Below are positions 26,305-37,254 of a stretch of DNA of 64,000 nt, in pieces (the first letter of the stretch is position 1; each line of letters starts with the position of its first letter). Under the pieces are notes generated by a model that did no database searches, was not told the origin of the DNA, and worked only from the letters and a program-made list of their open reading frames with translations. The stretch lies in the NCBI RefSeq assembly GCF_018350175.1, contig NC_058369.1, positions 17,052,001-17,116,000 on the forward strand, read 5' to 3'. A program made the translations under genes and the position numbers. This stretch comes from Felis catus (taxonomy: Eukaryota).

Positions 26305-26339
<35 letters not shown>

Positions 26340-27480
26340 ATCTTAGAATGTAAAAGCAAGAGTGAGCTGTTGAAATGCATTACTGGACTGGGGGATATCC
26401 TGGGTTTTATTAAGCATTGACATCATTCTAGCCACCATGCTGTATTTTCATGGTACTTCTTTTATTTCTAATAACCTACCAAAAAAGAATTCTTTATGTA
26501 TAGAAAGAAACTGACCTCTATATAGAAAGAAAAAAACTAAAGCTTAGAAAAGTTAATTATCTTGCCAACGGTCACAGTTAAGTGAACTGGGAACGAAACT
26601 CAGTTCTGAAGCATACCTTGAAACAAAACCAGCCACTAAGAAAGCTGACACATGGAGACATGGAGGAGTTAATGTTTCCCTCTTTCTTCTGTTCTTTATT
26701 TTTTGGTTCTTAAAAATTAGAAACTTAAATCACAGACATACTAAGAAAACAAACAAACAAAAAAAGAAGGTATTTTTTTTTTGAGCTAGCTGTTGGGTTT
26801 TTAATTGCACAATGTTTGAAAACATTATCTTCGAAATGGAGAATTTTATCAGATTACATTTATGCATTGGCTGGGATCACCAGACTCAAAGTCTGCAGAA
26901 TCCGGGTTTTGGTCTTTGTTCTACAACTAGTCGTATAACCTGAGGCTTCTCATCAACTTCTCTGGGTTTGTTTCTATATCTATGAGATGAAAGAGTTTAA
27001 GAAACTCAAAAATCATCTGTGATATTAACATATGAAACATCTTTCCTGTTAGAACTTAAAGTGTGTACTAAGGTTAGTAATCCAGTTATAAACATAACTT
27101 GTGTAAAAATGAAATACGCAAAAGTAGAACAGAAATATGTGTTGTGTGTAAGAAAGTTTCATTCCAAGAAATTATATAAAATTGTATTTAATTCCTAATT
27201 AGATCTCATTTAATACTAACTTCTTAAGGTTATATTTCTAGCATTTTATACATATTCTTTTTGTTTTTCCTTCACAACTAAATATATATCCTAATGGCTC
27301 AAGAAAAATGTGAAGTTCAAGGTTAGTGGGCTGAGTTCCTAAGAGGCAGGAACCATCCATATTTCTTTGGCACCAAATAAACCTACCACTGTGTAGACCC
27401 TCAAATACCGGTTAAATGAATAATGAAAATATGGCATTTCCATCTTACAGAATGCTTTTTTAAAAAAAAAAAAAATTTTG

Positions 27481-27712
27481 GGGGGCGCCTGGGTGGCGCA
27501 GTCGGTTAAGCGTCCGACTTCAGCCAGGTCACGATCTCGCGCTCCGTGAGTTCGAACCCCGCGTCGGGCTCTGGGCTGATGGCTCAGAGCCTGGAGCCTG
27601 TTTCCGATTCTGTGTCTCCCTCTCTCTCTGCCCCTCTCCCTGTTCACGCTCTGTCTCTCTCTGTCCCAAAAATAAAATAAATGTTGAAAAAAAAAATTAA
27701 AAAAAAAAAAAA
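27481..27712 (+). mobile_element. Young SINEC_Fc-type SINE inserted into the tail of an opposite-strand SINE
   Basis: CpG-rich; ggcgcag and cagccaggtcacg diagnostics. Confidence 0.95.
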
Positions 27713-27922
27713 TTTTTTTTTTTAACTTTTATTCACTTTTGAGAGACAGAGACAGAGCATGAGTGGGGGAGGGGCAGAGAGAGAGAGGGAGACACAGCAT
27801 CCAAAGCAGGCTCCACGCTCTGAGCTGTCAGCACAGAGCCCGATGTAGGGCTCGAACCCACGAACCGCAAGAGCATGACCTAAGCTGAAGTCAGGCGCTT
27901 AACTGAGCCACCCAGGCGCCCC
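27713..27922 (-). mobile_element. Can-SINE
   Basis: Reverse SINE; outer TSD cagaatgc at ~27448 and ~27923. Confidence 0.93.
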
Positions 27923-27996
27923 CAGAATGCGTTTTTAATTCTTAACTTGATTCTTATAATAACGTTGTTAAAAAGGTAGATCAGAAAGGAGTTCTG

Positions 27997-28220
27997 GGGG
28001 CGCCTGGGTGGCGCAGTCGGTTAAGCATCCGACTTCAGCCAGGTCACGATCTCGCGGTCCGTGAGTTCGAGCCCCACGTCAGGCTCTGGGCTGATGGCTC
28101 AGAGCCTGGAGCCTGTTTCCGATTCTGTGTCTCCCTCTCTCTCTCTCTGCCCCTCCCCCGTTCATGTTCTGTCTCTCTCTGTCCCAAAAATAAACGTTGA
28201 AAAAAAATTTTTTTTAAAAA
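27997..28220 (+). mobile_element. Young SINEC_Fc-type SINE
   Basis: Perfect TSD agaaaggagttctg. Confidence 0.95.
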
Positions 28221-28423
28221 AAGAAAGGAGTTCTGATTCAAACAAAATGATATAGGTTCAGAAAATTTATTTTAGTTGCCTAAGTTAAGAAACTAGTAAA
28301 TGGTAGAGCCGGAACTAAAAGTTTAAATTCTAAATTCAAAGCTTTTTATAGTTATCCACAAATGCCTGTTTAGAACAATTAATATTTAGTGGATACTTTC
28401 CCGGGGAATTCTTAGAAGGGACG

Positions 28424-30355
28424 TGCAGTAGATTAAAGATGGCCATAAACTCACTGGCTTTCTTTTCATGGAGAGGAGGGTCTATAATCCCTCCTCTCGA
28501 ATCAAGGCAGGTTCTCTAATTGCCTTGCCCAAGAGAAAACAGTGGTGCCATTTTCCAGTTCCCAGCTTGGGAACTTCATGTCCTATCTTTTGGAACGTTC
28601 CTTCTGGGAGTCCCTAGCTGCCATATACTACATGTGATCAACGGGGAAGAGACCACAGAGAGAGACCTCAAGACTGCATGAAGAGGAAAAAGAAACCAGC
28701 CACTTCTACCAAGGATTAGGACTTGAAGGAATCTGTCTCAGACTCTCCATGAACCTACCTGTGAGGTGAGTACTGCTAAATGATTCAACTGATACCACAT
28801 GGAGCAGAATTGCACAGGTGTTTAGTGCTCAAATTTTGCACAATCATGAGCTATAATAAAAAATGGTTGTTTTTTAAAAACACTAAATTCTTTTCCCACT
28901 ATGGGAAAAGAATCTGGTATCTGGAAACGGGGTGCTGTTGTATCAAAAACTTTCAGTGTGGCTTCAGATCATGCAGTGGGCACAGGCTGAAAGGATCTCA
29001 AGAAAACCACTGGCAAGAGCTTTTAGAACAGAGAGGAAAATGTTCCTGGAGGTTGGAGAGAAGCAGATCTTGTCTCCAAAGAGAAGTTTGGAAACACTGT
29101 CACTTCTGGTGATGTGGAAAATAGGAGTCATTAATGAACTTGTGAATCTGGCTGGAGTGATTTCTAGACAAAACAAACTTTCTTTAGGCATTTTATTACA
29201 AGCAGCCAGAAGAGAAAGGAACCAAAGAGGGAACTATTCCATCTTCAGGCCATCATTATTGGAGTTAGAAATCTCCTAGACAATTAAGAGCAAATACAAC
29301 AAGGTTGAAAATGAAACTTTCTCATCTCTAGTTGCTCCCAGCAAGGGTTTGAAACTAAAAAATGGCTTCAGGACAAAGATAAAATCCAGAACATTACCAG
29401 TTAGTCGTGACCTGAGAGTAAACAGCTCAAGGTGTGGCTGTAAGACATTCTGATCAAAAAGTATCGTAGAATTTCTAAGAATCTTAGAATTTCTAAGAAT
29501 AAGGGTATTCTTGCCTCTTATACTCTCTTTACTAGACAGGAGGGCCTCTAAGTATCTTCAAGAGCATGTCTCCTATATTCTATATTACTACACGTTAATG
29601 TTTTCCAACAAGTTTGAAGGTTTTCATCAGCCACAATTCCCACCAACCCCTCCACCCCCCCGCCTCCTTCACTCTTTCCTTTCCTTCTGGGACTCATATT
29701 ACAGGCTAAGAAAGGCCCCTCACAGCAGCAAAATTGGGCTGATTTTTTAATGGCAAAGGAAAAGGATTCAGAATGCAGTATCCAAAGACCACAGGGCCAA
29801 GCCAAAAGCTGTAGAGAATAAGTCACAGAGGGCAAGACTGGGGCCCTGGGAAGACAGAAAGGGGAAACATATGCCTGACTAGATTTCAAAGTTGCTCTGA
29901 ACTATGTGTGCTCTCTCAGGGCCTTCCATCTTCACACTTACTGAATGTGAGTGCAGTTTCTCTCCAAGTTTCCAACCACTTTTATGTCAGTCCTCAAATT
30001 CTTCTGAGATGACCAACATGCAAGGAGCTGCACCTGAAAGACCACTCCTAAAGACAGCTTCCTCTGTACCCGAACTTGATTTAGAGAAGATCTCAAAAGC
30101 CCAGCCTTAGCCTGATTATCATAATAACATGAAACCATGGAATGCTTACTTTTCAGTTGGGAGATATGTAGGTAATTGGTGACCAGAGGGTAGACTGGGG
30201 GGTTTAAGGTGGCATGCCTTCTGTGTAGAGGCATGGTCAATGATCCCTCACCTTGAATTTGGATAGAACTTTTTACTGTTTATTTTTGAGAGACAGTGCG
30301 CACGTGCGCCAGTGGGGGAGAGGCAGAGAGGCAGAGAGACAGAGACAGACAGACA

Positions 30356-30389
<34 letters not shown>

Positions 30390-30769
30390 TTCCCTTCTGG
30401 TGGCTTGGGACACTTCTCTCTTAAAATTATAAGCTTCCAAGTAAAAAGTCCAACTATTTTGATACCAACCTAATGTGAGGAAGCCCAAGATAACGAACTC
30501 TGTAGATGAGCTGTGTGGAGACAGTGATGCCAGCCAGTGCCAGGTCATACAGCCACCCTGCTTACCCATCAGGCACAGCAGGGAGGTTGCCTCAGGTCCT
30601 CCCTTCACAGCCCAGCTGTGAGCAACCTTAGCCAATGTCACATGGAACAGGGCTTGTCCAGCTGAGTCTGCCTGAGTTCCTCAGTCATAAAAATGATAAG
30701 ATGCAATAAAGTGATGATGGTCTTAAGCTAGGTTTTGTAATGGTTACATAGCCCTGGGTAACTGGGGCA
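28424..30769 (+). mobile_element. Ancient MaLR (MLT1H-like) element: 5' LTR ~28424-28890, internal region ~28900-30204, 3' LTR ~30205-30769
   Basis: LTR start tgcagtagattaaagatggcc; internal start tggtatctggaaacggggtgctgttgta; purine tract ccagagggtagac before the second LTR; LTR end catagccctgggtaactggggca. Confidence 0.65.
30272..30388 (-). mobile_element. Partial Can-SINE (3' part only) with (CA)n
   Basis: tttatttttgagagacag...gggggagaggcagagag. Confidence 0.75.
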
Positions 30770-30901
30770 GGAGCACTACTAACGCTCAAGCTAAGGATTC
30801 CTGAAGGTCTGGCAGTAGAGATGACCAGGGCTTCCCCAAGAAGGGCTGTCGGGAGCTCACATCCCTTCACATACTGGCTTTATGGAACTTAAGAATGATG
30901 A

Positions 30902-31127
30902 GGGGCGCCTGGGTGGCTTAGTCGGTTGAGCGTCCGGCTTCAGCTCAGGTCATGATCTCACGGTTTGTGATTTCGAGCCCCATGTCGGGCTCTGTGCTGA
31001 CAGCTCAGAGCCTGGAGCCTGCTTCGGATTCTGTGTCTCCCTCTCTCTCTGTTCCTCTCCCACTCGTGCTCTGTCTCTTTATCTCTCAAAAATAAGTAAA
31101 CATTAAAAAAAAGTTGTTGTTTTTTTT
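30902..31127 (+). mobile_element. Can-SINE
   Basis: TSD ttaagaatgatgagg. Confidence 0.95.
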
Positions 31128-31696
31128 TAAGAATGATGAGGTGTGGGAGTGTGGCCCAGATGTGTGCTATGTGGAGAAATGACCTAAAAGAGATGAATGA
31201 TACCACAAAGGTAACTTGGTTGTAACAGAGTTGAGGTGAACTTTACATAACAAAGCCTGAAGTCCAGCTGGTGGAACAGGAGTAGTTTTCCGTTTAGTCA
31301 TATAAAGATGAAAGTGAATAGGTCTAACTATAGGCAAAATGATCCAATAGGTCAATTTTTCTTTTGGTTTTATCTCTAGAATATCATCAAGTAAAAGGAC
31401 ATCGTTTCACTGATCAATGCATATAGTGTCAATTTCAGCAAACACTTATCTGGTAAAGCCTTACGACTACAACGTACAATGAAAAACTTTCCTATCTCAA
31501 AAAAGAATTTCAGGCAAAGCGGAGCAAGTAAGAGGTATCTCTGAGAGGTGAGAAAGAATCTTCCTGTTACCCCAGAACTAATATCTAGTTACCATGAAGA
31601 CAAACCTACTTTAGCCATTTCAAGATATATAGGAATGGGGTGGTGACAGAATAAATCTAAAGAAAATGGCTGTAAGTCTTACGAAAATGTGATCTC

Positions 31697-31905
31697 GGGC
31701 ACCTGGGTGGCTCAGTCTGTTGAGCATCTGACTTTGGCTCAGGTCATGATCTCATAGTTGGTGAGTTCAAGACCCACATTAGGCTCACTGCTGTCAGCCT
31801 GTCAGTGCAGAGCCAGAGCCGGCTTCAAATCCTCTGTCCCCTTCTCTCTGCCCCTCCCCCACTTGCACTCTCTCAAAAATAAACAAACAGTAAAAAAAAA
31901 AGAAA
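31697..31905 (+). mobile_element. Can-SINE (variant with ctgctgtcagcctgtcag insert)
   Basis: TSD gaaaa(t/c)gtga(t/c)ct. Confidence 0.92.
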
Positions 31906-32926
31906 GAAAACGTGACCTATGCTGTCTTGGAGGAATTGAGTCCTGCTGATGCTGAATAAGGAGAACATTCTAGTTTTTAAGGTTTCTAATTTATTCTAGC
32001 AATAGTTCTGAACTTTTCCTTCCAGCTAAAACTAAGCACCCAGATGGAAGGGATGTAGAGCACCCAGCCAATGGTGTTCCTTCCCACACCCACACACCAC
32101 TCTTCAGGTAGGTCAATTCACAGCTTGTCGGTAGATGCAATGAAGAAATGGATATGCTACCAAAGAGTCCCTCATATGGCAAGGCTGGGGAAAAGCCAGA
32201 ATGCATGCCCACCGTCCCTATGTGTTTTGGAGCTAGATTCAGAACCTCTAATTACTACTCCATGTCAGTGTGACAAACAATTAAAATGTATCAAGGAAAA
32301 GTCTTAATAACAAAGCTGTTTATAGATACAGAAAAACAAAAAGAATAAGAGAAAACTTGGATTGGCTAGATCAGCTGTACTAATTACAGTAATTTAAGTG
32401 AATTCCTTACCCTTAATTCCCATGTAGCACAAAGATGATTATGTGTGCTGTGAAATGCATCAGACCCAGCTGTTAAGTGGCACTGAACAGTTCATGCATG
32501 CCAAGTCATGTGTCACACGCATGTGTATCACTCACAGATCTGTGGAAAACACAGCTGTCATGAGAATAAAGATCTCCTTTCCCAGTTATTAGAAACAAGA
32601 CTGAGTGAGGATGATGGAGTGAAAACTCGGTGACCTGGAAGGAAAATGTTCTTTGGACTCTTCTGAACCTTGCACAGAATATCTAAGGAGCAGGGCAATT
32701 GCTCCATAAAAGCAGTTTCTCTGCAGTAAAGGAGTCAAACAGCTGTGGCAAGGTGGTCAGAAGTACACAGCACACAAACTTTTGTGCCCAAAGTCGCACA
32801 TGTTAACAGCTATGAGGCCATGATGTTTTTCATCAGCTATGAAAACGATTTATGGTCATCTACCATTTTAGTTCCTTCTCCAGCAACTTACAGTGAAACT
32901 GACACAGTGGCAGAAGGAGGAGAAAT

Positions 32927-32932
<6 letters not shown>

Positions 32933-32987
<55 letters not shown>
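32933..32987. repeat. (GA)n microsatellite
   Basis: Direct dinucleotide run. Confidence 0.95.
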
Positions 32988-32992
<5 letters not shown>

Positions 32993-35046
32993 CTCTATGA
33001 GAGGGAAGAGGGTCCAAAAAAGCCCAACTGGAGATCACACAGTGGGTTCTATCTGGGAGAACCACAAGGAACAGTTCTGGATGGACAGGCAAGAAAGGAC
33101 GCTTGAGAACTGAGACGGGTCCTGATCATGAAAATCTTGTGAATTCTACACTAAAGAGTTTGAAATTTTAGCCTGAGAGAGATAGAGAGCTTATTTAAGA
33201 AAGTATCATGTTCCTATTTGTATTTTTAAAGATTCTTCAGAAAAGCAGTAAGTAGTCCATTGTATTAGAAGACAGGTTAGCAACCATTCTTGGGGGGCGG
33301 GCGGGGGCAGGGGGAGGACGGTAACCAAAAGGGAGTATGAGGAAGCTTCTGAAAGGCTAGGAATATTATGCTGCTTCAAGTGGGTGCTGTGTGTGAGCCC
33401 ACAGGTGGGCTCCACCTGTGAATAATTCACTAGCTGTAGACATATATATCTACTGATACAAATGTAAATTATCAATAGAAAATTTCAAAAATAAAAAAGA
33501 TTACTTTGCTAAAGACAGAGAATGGGCTGGAGGAGATAGGCAGAGGATGAGGGATGCCGGCCTAAGGGAAAAGTGAAGGGCCTGGGCATTACCAGAGGCA
33601 CTAATGCACCAGGAAGGATTTGGTGGCTGAATACCTATGGAAAGTGAAAGAATGAGGAGAGACCAAGATGACCTGAGGCTGCAACTCTGAAGACTGGTGG
33701 ATGGCTGTGTTGTCTCCTGATAAATGTCACAAAGGACAGAGGCCCTCCTGGCCTCCAGCTCACTTATGAAATAATCCCAAGACCATCCTTAAGGTCTCTA
33801 AGATCCCTGGTAGCAGTCTGAACGAGAACTTAGCTCTGAGGCAATGAGGTGCCAAAGGGTCCAGCCTGACAGGAGAAACAGAGAATCAAAAAACTGCTTC
33901 CAGTGAAGCAGCGAAACCAAATGAACAGGAAACAGCTGTCAAATTGGCATCCAGAGAAGTACTCACTCATCCCAAGAGACAGAGAAGGTAGAGGAGAGAG
34001 AATACCTAATACTGCAACTAAACCACCATGAAGATCGGGAGGCATCTTTGGAAGAGACTGGGAAGTAGGAACACACAGGATCTCCAGCTCTTGTAAGAGT
34101 CAGCTTCAGCTGGGGCTACTGTCTGGACTGACTGTGCCCTGTAAACACCCTCCTCCTCACTGTCCACACCTAGGCCTGATGTGTGGGAACTCAAAACAAT
34201 GGTCTTGTGGTTTAAACTGGGTCACCTGTGGGTCTGTTATTAAATCATGCACCACAGATTAAGCACTTGGAGAAGTCGTCTGCAGCAGCTGAACAGTCTA
34301 TAGGTACTAAAGGCCATGAAAGAATATCTTTACCAATGGATTAAGAACAGCTCAAGATAAAAAGATTAGGTATGTTCCAGTAAACGCTCCTCAAAACGTG
34401 GGAACCTATAATGGAAGGAAGCTACTTCAGAGGGTAGGATGGAGAAGGGGTGAAAAGGTTTTTCAAAACTTCACATATTCATGCCTGGAATGTTTTAAAA
34501 TGCGAAAGCAACACAAAGTGGGAAAAATAACATTCTCCTTTTTTTCTTAAATATGCTGTGAAGCCAATACTAGGTTATAAATAGAGAAAACCACCCCCAG
34601 AAAAGCTGGCAAATTCAAGAAGAAAAAGTTATTTTAGATCCCCCTCTTTCCTTTCAGTCTGTAAGAGCAGGGTGAAGTATTTATACAAGGAAACAGATTT
34701 TTGTCTTAAAAATCACAAATATTTCAATCGAACAGAAATTGGAACAGTAGTCTAAGACAAGTTCTGCAGGCAAATGTGAGGGACTTTAAGTTCGGCTACA
34801 TCTCTGCAGTCTCCATGAGCTGAGTAGAGCGGTATAAGCAAGGCCTGGAAGGCAGCCCCCCTCCAGGACCAGATCTGCAACTCGCCCCCACTCCTCCTGC
34901 CTGCACAATTCTTAACCTAGAAATGCCGGTCAAGCAGTCATCTCGTGTTGGGTGCAAGGCTCATTATACTAAACGTTCTCAATAACTGACAACAATGCAA
35001 CCATTCACGGCTGGCAAGAGCCTGGAAAGGGCTGTCAGTGGCAAAC

Positions 35047-35201
35047 CTTGGCTTTGGTTGCAGCTGAAGCAAGAGCAGCTGCTGCGGCCGTGGCCACATT
35101 TCCTTCGGAAATTTCATGTTCTACTTTCTTCTTCCCGAGATCACTTTCTCTTTCTTTACAAGTATCAGTGAGTTCCTTGTTCTCTTCAGTTTCCTTTTCT
35201 T
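35047..35201 (-). CDS. SMARCC1: SMARCC1 coding exon (~exon 24), 155 nt, (E)EKETEENKELTDTCKERESDLGKKKVEHEISEGNVATAAAAALASAATKAK
   Basis: Acceptor TTTTTTTTCAG|AA, donor AAG|GTTTGC; phase 1 to 0; contains the SMARCC-family AAAAALASAATKAK motif. Confidence 0.96.
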
Positions 35202-35733
35202 CTGAAAAAAAATCAGAAAACCTTATTACCAGTGTGCCCCATCTCAATAAGCCAGCTTACTTCTCACCTCCGCCACATGACAAACTAGGACTGAGGTTAC
35301 AAAGAGATCTCAGTGCCTTCTTCTTTGTAAGACTTTTGCAGAGCCATTCCATGCATGTAAGGGAGCCTCCATCTGAGATGGATTTTCTAAATAGTATGCT
35401 TTGTCTTTCCTTCATTTCTCTAAGCTCTCTGTGTAGTTCCCTAGGATATAAAGGGAACTAAGCCCTGCCGTAAGACCAAAAAGATCAGTCAATGAAAGGC
35501 TCTGAGAAACCCTAGTGTCCGGAGGAAATGAGAACAAAGCACTTCCGCAAGCCTTCTGAGACAGGCACGATGGATCCGCCAGCCACTGACCGTGACTTCT
35601 GTCACAATGAGCAACTTGTTTGTCTACATATTACTGAAAACAAGGTAGCCATTGGTATTAGCACTGGTGCCTAGGAGCCAAATAAAACTCAAACTCGAAC
35701 ACTTGTTTATTGTTACATTAAGAAACAAACCCA

Positions 35734-35940
35734 GGGCTCAGTCAGTTAAGCGTCCGTCTTGGTTGTGGCTCAGGTCATGATCTCACGGTTGTGGAATCAA
35801 GCCCCATGATGGGTTCTGCGCTGACAGTGTGGAGCATGCTTGGGATTCTCTCTCTCTCTCTCTCCCTCTCTGCCCCTCCCCTGCTTACACTCTCTTTCCC
35901 TCTCTCAAAATAAATAAATAAACTTAAAAAAAAAAAAAAA
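35734..35940 (+). mobile_element. Can-SINE in the short intron between ~exons 23 and 24
   Basis: SINE body with poly-A. Confidence 0.92.
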
Positions 35941-35987
35941 GAAACCTAATGAGTGAGGAAAATTTCTATACAATTAAACTGCTCACT

Positions 35988-36203
35988 GGGGCGCCTGGGT
36001 GGCGCAGTCGGTGAAGCATCCGACTTCAGCCAGGTCACGATCTCGCGGTCTGTGAGTTCGAGCCCCGCGTCAGGCTCTGGGTTGATGGCTCAGAGCCTGG
36101 AGCCTGTTTCCGATTCTGTGTCTCCCTCTCTCTCTGCCCCTCCCCCGTTCATGCTCTGTCTCTCTCTGTCCCCAAAATAAATAAAAAACGTTGAAAAAAA
36201 AAA
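35988..36203 (+). mobile_element. Young SINEC_Fc-type SINE
   Basis: Perfect TSD ttaaactgctcac. Confidence 0.95.
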
Positions 36204-36275
36204 TTTAAACTGCTCACAGTTCTCCAGGGCTTGTCAGTTTTACATAATAAAGTCTAAAGAGTTTCCTCAAATTAC

Positions 36276-36390
36276 CTGATTTGGTATCCTCACTAACTTC
36301 ACTGTCCTGCTCCTTCTCACTATGTTTTTCATTTTCTCCATCTTGTGCTTTATCACCTTCATCTGTTTCGTTTTCCCCTTTGTTTTCTGC
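36276..36390 (-). CDS. SMARCC1: SMARCC1 coding exon (~exon 23), 115 nt, AENKGENETDEGDKAQDGENEKHSEKEQDSEVSEDTKS
   Basis: Acceptor CTCCTCGTTCAG|GCA, donor TCAG|GTAATT; phase 0 to 1; lies within ORF 36214..36450. Confidence 0.95.
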
Positions 36391-36889
36391 CTGAACGAGG
36401 AGGTATAAAAGAAGAGAACAGAGATTGAGCAAAAAAACCCAGTCCTTCAACTAGTGATATTATCTAAGAGTAACAAAAGATTCCATTATTTTGGGCAGGG
36501 AGTGCACTAGGGCCTTGGAGGCCCAAGGGCCTTGGAGAGAAGAGCTAGAAATCAATACATTCAAAGAAACACCTTTCACTACCTCCACACCTGAGTGCTC
36601 ACATGTTAATACGCCTCCACAACACACAGTCCCTGCACTCTTTGTGCCCTATGCTATAAAGCCAGGGTCACAATGTCCAAAGGAATGGCACGGAAATTCA
36701 TTTATGTTATTTACTGGTTAAATAGAGAAATAGTTAATAAACAAATGAATTACTGATTACCTGTCCAAAAGAATCAAGAGCATTTAAAATGTACATTATC
36801 AACCGAGAAGATGGAATACTGCCAAAATTAAAAGCTGACAAAGCCTTTAATACAGTCATTTGCTAATGGTTTTTAGTAAGAGCCACAAT

Positions 36890-37110
36890 AGGGCATCAGT
36901 GATTATGCTCTGGGGACTGAAAACTTCAATTCTTCTGGTTAGAATTTGGTTTCATTTACTGACTCTGAAATCCTTGTGACTTTGGACAAATCATGTAACA
37001 TTGTCTATAAAATGAAGAGATCATCATTGACTTGATGAGACTGTTTAGGAACTAGATGAATTCACAAATGGGAAGTACAAAGCACAGTATGTTGAACAAT
37101 GTAAGAATTA
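36890..37110 (+). mobile_element. MIR
   Basis: tgtgactttggacaaatc...tctataaaatgaagag core. Confidence 0.55.
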
Positions 37111-37254
37111 TAATTAATTTTACTCTTATCCTCATCCTGTCCTTATCTATATACAATTTTAAAACAACACACGTAATCAACACCTTAAATCGCATATTGT
37201 ATATGTTCACTCAAATATTGAGTGAATGCTCATCAAGGCTTCTAATCTTATCTT

